64,000 nt of DNA, taken from positions 1,364,001 through 1,428,000 of the forward strand of contig JASTWF010000034.1 of assembly GCA_030390025.1 (NCBI GenBank), read 5' to 3'. The position numbers and the translations under genes were made by a program. The DNA comes from Squalus acanthias. Taxonomy: Eukaryota. This document shows, piece after piece, positions 59,801 to 64,000 of the stretch; position 1 is the stretch's first letter; each line of letters begins with the position of its first letter. A model generated the notes under the pieces. That model was not told the origin of the DNA. It was given only the letters and a program-made list of their open reading frames with translations, and ran no database searches.

Positions 59801-60068
59801 TTGCAGCACTCCAATGCTGTAGTGCACTGACAGCACTATGTTACATTGACATTCAAATCCAATGTGGCCGTGGCCCCTTTAAAGATCACGGCTGAAAACG
59901 CGTCATCGATGACGTCAACAGACCAGACCCGTCTAATTGTCCTGGGTAACGCACTGGGCGGGCTCAATTGGCCCCATTAACGTAAAGTTAATTTCAGCAG
60001 CGGGCTGGAGCCAGCAGTTGGGTCACGACCTGCCATGGCCACCTCCCCAGGTAGGCACAATTCCGGCC
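56900..60068. mobile_element. Harbinger-type transposon remnant with a minus-strand Myb/SANT-like gene; transposase core not seen
   Basis: 59590-59760(-) VLFSSNGRKRP...AWLEIAEGVTS...RKTWVQCHKRFNNL = Myb/SANT-like trihelix; Met-rich helical segment 58512-58892; candidate right TIR CAATTCCGGCC 60058-60068. Left end not located. Confidence 0.6.
57765..58469 (+). mobile_element. Possible LTR-like insertion inside the Harbinger remnant
   Basis: AT-rich block with AATAAA at ~58383 and a U5-like end ...AGATCTTACA; no matching TG start or TSD found. Confidence 0.3.
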
Positions 60069-60084
60069 GTGGTTTTTACGGCCT

Positions 60085-60490
60085 TGACGAGTCCAGGGGC
60101 CATATGTATTTTCAGTGTGAGAGGTTGCAGCCTCTGTATCGTTACCTGAAGTGGCAGCTCCTCAGCTATTGGTTATATTTTAGCCCCAGGCTCCTAATCT
60201 TTGGCCGCCTGGTGCAGAGTGGGGTGAGTAAGGCGGCGGATCTTCTCCTGGACCTGCACTTGGGCTTGGCTGAAACAGCAATTTGTAGGTTCAGGGTGGG
60301 CGGGGCCCATCGGGTGCGAGGGTGTCTCTGGCTTCCTGCCTCAGTTCCGCGGTCTTGTCCGTGCCCAGGTGGCCCTGGAGAGGGTGCATGCAGTGTCCAC
60401 TGGTAGGTACGATATCTTCCGTGACCAGAGCGCATTGCAGGTCAGTGAGGTGATAATCGAAACTCACAATCACATTGTGATTTAATTATT
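60085..60490 (+). mobile_element. Older Tx1 ORF2 3' fragment
   Basis: HMYFQCERLQPLYRYLKWQLLSYWLYFSPRLLIFG matches HVYLECERLQPLFEYLKGLLLAFWLRFSPTLLIYG. Confidence 0.85.
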
Positions 60491-60809
60491 GTTTGTGTGT
60501 GTGTGTGGCTGTATTGTACATACTTATTACTGGAATAACAACAGAACATGTTGAAAACACTCAGCGGGTCAGGCAGCATCGAGGAGAGAGAAACAGAGTA
60601 AACGTTTCGGGTCGAGAGCCCTTCCTTAGAACTGTTACTGGACATTTGTGGTGCGCTGGGACAACTGCCTTAATGGTTTAATGTCCCCGTCTGGTGACAC
60701 TAGGGCAACTTAATGTCACCCCGCTACAGGTAGTGAACAAAGGCCCAATCTGAAAATGTGAATGATGTCTTCACCAATTGGAGCTTTCAATGGCGGTGTG
60801 CTTACCCAG

Positions 60810-61360
60810 GAACCCCGCGCGGCAGAAAGTGTCCTATCAATGACTACAGGGGCCCAGTGCGCAGGCGCGAAGCAGGGGGGGTGCTCCGAGCATACGCAGT
60901 GCGCGTGGTGACGTGCAGGAGTAATGTCGGACAACAATCGGAGCATCGAACAGAGAAGCAGAATGAACGTTTCAGGTCGTGACCTTCGTCAGAGTATTTC
61001 CTGTTGTACTAATGGCCGAACAAGCGGCTGAAGAGGCGGGAGGAGATTGTAGCGGCCGGGGAGGAATTGGCGCCGCGGCTGGACTGGGAAGATTCAAAAA
61101 CACCCGGCGTAGGCCTCAGGCCCCGAATAAGTTCCCGCAGGGTCCGTGTTTTCGCAGCGCCGCCAGGCCCGGCCGCCGGGGTGAGCGGAGCGACTGTCCG
61201 CCATCTTGTAAGAGGATTTCTCCTCGGCGACAGGGCCGGGTTACCCAGGCAACCGGCCGCCATCTTGCTGAAGGAAGGCGGGCCTTGACCCCGCGCCGCC
61301 ATCTTGGACTGTATGGGGTTAGAGCGCATGCGCTCCTCTCTCCCAGTGCAGCTGCAGCAG
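60810..61360 (+). promoter_or_regulatory. CpG-island promoter upstream of zinc-finger locus 3
   Basis: NRF1 motifs GCGCAGGCGC (~60859) and GCGCATGCGC (61324-61333); three YY1 motifs CCGCCATCTT (61198, 61257, 61296); candidate donor GG|GTGAGC at ~61181. Confidence 0.65.
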
Positions 61361-62059
61361 GAACACTTTTTTAATTCCCTCGAGAAGGTGGTGGTGATTC
61401 GCCTTCTTGAACCGCTGCAGTCCGTGTGGTGAAGGTACTCCCACTGTGCTGTCAGGGAGGGAGTTCCAGGATTTTGACTCGGCGACGATGAAGGATCGGC
61501 GATATACTTCCAATTCAGGATTGTGTGACTTGGAGGGGAACTTGGAGGTGGTGGTGTTCCCATGCGCCTGCTGCCCTTGTCCTTCTAGGTGGAAGAGGTC
61601 ACAGGTTTGGGAGATGCTGCCAAAGAAGCCTTGGCGAGTTGCTGCAGTGCATCTTGTAGATGGTACACACTGCAGCCCCGGTACGCCAGTGGTGGAGGGA
61701 GTGAATGTTTAAGGTGGTGGATGAGGTGTCAATCAAGCGGGCTGCTTTGTCCTGGATGGTTTCGAGCTTCTTCAGTGTTGTTGGAGCTGTACTCATCCAG
61801 GCAAGTGCAGAGTATTCCATCACACTCCTCGCACACAGGGGCTGTAGAACTGGAGCAGAGGGAGGGAGAGAGTGGGAGAGGGGCAAACATATGATGCAAT
61901 GGGTAAGGATTTCACCACGGAGAGGGAGAGTGTGTGGGAAAGGAAACAACAACTTTTTGGGGAAACGAGAGGAAAGATTGTTCCATAGAAACTAGAATTG
62001 TCTGTTCTGAATTTCTGTCCTGTACTTACAGTAATGACTTTTGAAATCTCCTTTTACAG

Positions 62060-62680
62060 GGTATTAGAAGGGGACGATTTGTAGACAAGAAACTCAAACC
62101 AAACATCACGCCAGGATCTGACTCACTCGATTCATCAAGACCTGAATATCATCGACATTTGAATGCAGAAGGAGAAATCTTTCTCTGTTCTTGTGTTTGG
62201 GAAAGGATTTCAAACACTTTGTGACTGGGAAAGCACCGAGACCCATTCACACTTGAGCGAGAGTGTTCCAGTGCACTGACTGTGGAGAGAGCTGTAACCA
62301 GCTACACAGCCTGAAAAAACTTCACACCATTCACAGCGGGGAGAAACCGTACACGTGTTCTGTGTGTGGACAAGGCTTCAACTGATCGTCCCACCTGGAG
62401 AGACAGATGGACCATGGAGAAACCGCGGGAATGTGGGGACTGTGAGAAGGGATTCAATTATCCGTCTGAGATACAAATTCATCGGCGCAATTACACTGGG
62501 GAGAGACTCCGTGCATGGGAAGGGCTTAATTCGTTCACCCTCCCTGCTGAAACACCAGCGAGTTCACACTGGAGAGAATCAGTTCACCTGCTCTGCGTGT
62601 GTGAAGGGATTCACAAGGTCATCCAGTCTGCTGAAACACCAGCGAATTCACTCTGACAGCAGACCTTTTAAAAGTTCTTG
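62060..62680 (+). pseudogene. C2H2 zinc-finger locus 3 pseudogene
   Basis: Same acceptor and leader (ttttacAG|GGTATTAGAAGGGG), then an in-frame TAG, frameshifts and broken fingers (FQCTDCGESC..., [34 protein letters not shown]). Confidence 0.88.
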
Positions 62681-63021
62681 TAAGGATTGGTATGTACAGA
62701 TTATTAAATAGAGTCCACTGGTTGAGATATAGAATTATATCAATATTAAGCAAGAATAACTAGTGATTAAGTTAAGTTAAAACACAGTCCAGAAAGACGC
62801 ACATCTGCTGCCGAGCATGGGAGAGTGTGAAGATTGAATTTATTGCCAGCAGCGAGTCTGGAGGACTGCTGGGGAGTGTGGCCAGAGAATCAGTCCCTTT
62901 TGTAAAGGACATTGGAAGCTGTGAGGGTTTGAAGGTTACAGAAGCAGGTAATTAACACTCCTGTGTGGGAGAGTAACGAACAAACTGATAGAGATCAATG
63001 GGCAAGCACAAGGAATGGTAA

Positions 63022-63470
63022 CAGCTCACCTCCCCACTAAACCAGCAGCTCACCTCCCCACTAAACCAGCAGCTCACCTCCCCACTAAACCAGCAGCTCA
63101 CCTCCCCACTAAACCAGCAGCTCACCTCCCCACTAAACCAGCAGCTCACCTCCCCACTAAACCAGCAGCTCACTGGCCCACTAAACCAGCAGCTCACTGG
63201 CCCACTAAACCAGCAGCTCACCTCCCCACTAAACCAGCAGCTGACTCCCCACTAAACCAGCAGCTCACTCCCCACTAAACCAGCAGCTCACTGGCCCACT
63301 AAACCAGCAGCTCACTGGCCCACTAAACCAGCAGCTCACTGTCCCACTTAACCAGCAGCTCACTGGCCCACTAAACCAGCAGCTCACTGGCCCACGAAAC
63401 CAGCAGCTCACTGGCCCACTCAACCAGCAGCTCACTGGCGCACTCAACCAGCAGCTCGCCTTCCCACTGA
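63022..63470. repeat. 24-bp minisatellite, ~18 copies
   Basis: Unit CAGCTCACCTCCCCACTAAACCAG with a TGGC-for-CTCC variant. Confidence 0.95.
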
Positions 63471-63475
63471 ATCAC

Positions 63476-64000
63476 TGTGTTAAAGTGAGGGGAGTGGGGT
63501 ATATCAGTGTTACAGTGAGGGGTGTGGGGTATATCAGTGTTACAGTGAGGGCTGTGGGGTATATCCGAGTTACAGTGAGGGGTGTGGGGTATTTTAGTGT
63601 TACAGTGAGGGGTGTGGGGTATATCAATGTTACAGTGAGGGGTATATCAGTGTTACAGTTAGGGGTGTGGGGTATATTAGTGTTAAAGTGACGGGTGTGG
63701 GGTATATCAGTGTTACAGTGAGTGGTGTGGGGTATTTCAGTGTTACAGTGAGGGGTGTAGGGTATAACAGTGTTAGTGAGGGGTGTGGGTTATTTCAGTG
63801 TTACAGTGATGAGTGTGGGGTATATCAGTGTTACAGTGAGGGTTGTGGGGTATATCAGTGTTACAGTGAGGGGTGTGGGGTATTTCAATGTTACAGTGAG
63901 TGGTATATCAGTGTTACAGTTAGGGGTGTGCGGTATATCAGTGTTACAGTGAGGGGTGTGGGGTATATCAGTGTTACAGTGAGTGGTGTGGGGTATATCA
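63476..64000. repeat. 30-bp G-rich minisatellite running off the window end
   Basis: Unit GTGTTACAGTGAGGGGTGTGGGGTATATCA with occasional 23-bp variants. Confidence 0.95.

Noticed and set aside
62681..63020. Possible LTR starting TGTAAGG that truncates ZNF locus 3
   Set aside because: No matching CA end, TSD, PBS or internal domain is visible in the window.
62952..63952. Repetitive-peptide ORFs (AAHLPTKP, VTVRGVGYIS)
   Set aside because: Translations of minisatellites whose unit lengths are multiples of three.

Overview
Vertebrate genomic DNA, almost certainly a shark or ray (judged from its CR1/L2 LINEs, DeuSINE-type SINEs, Penelope and Tx1 elements and the style of its zinc-finger exons). 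Host genes: (1) an intact two-exon, minus-strand GPR139/GPR142-like class A GPCR (exon 1 5613-5682, which the ORF track misses; exon 2 1804-2720; 328 aa); (2) three paralogous plus-strand KRAB-less C2H2 zinc-finger loci, each damaged differently: locus 1 is split by a young CR1 LINE with an intact 955-aa ORF2, locus 2 has a nonsense codon in finger 9, and locus 3 is a decayed pseudogene. The 7.3-27.6 kb region is a mosaic of tandemly re-duplicated blocks that look like decayed minus-strand coding sequence of a gene I cannot identify, mixed with CR1 debris and a CR1-derived 98-bp satellite. The right third holds a full-length decayed Tx1 retrotransposon bracketed by a ~440-bp direct repeat, a Penelope element, a Harbinger-type remnant with a Myb/SANT-like ORF, and three minisatellites. 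No rRNA, bona fide tRNA or CRISPR array was seen. Ends of decayed repeats are approximate, read by eye.
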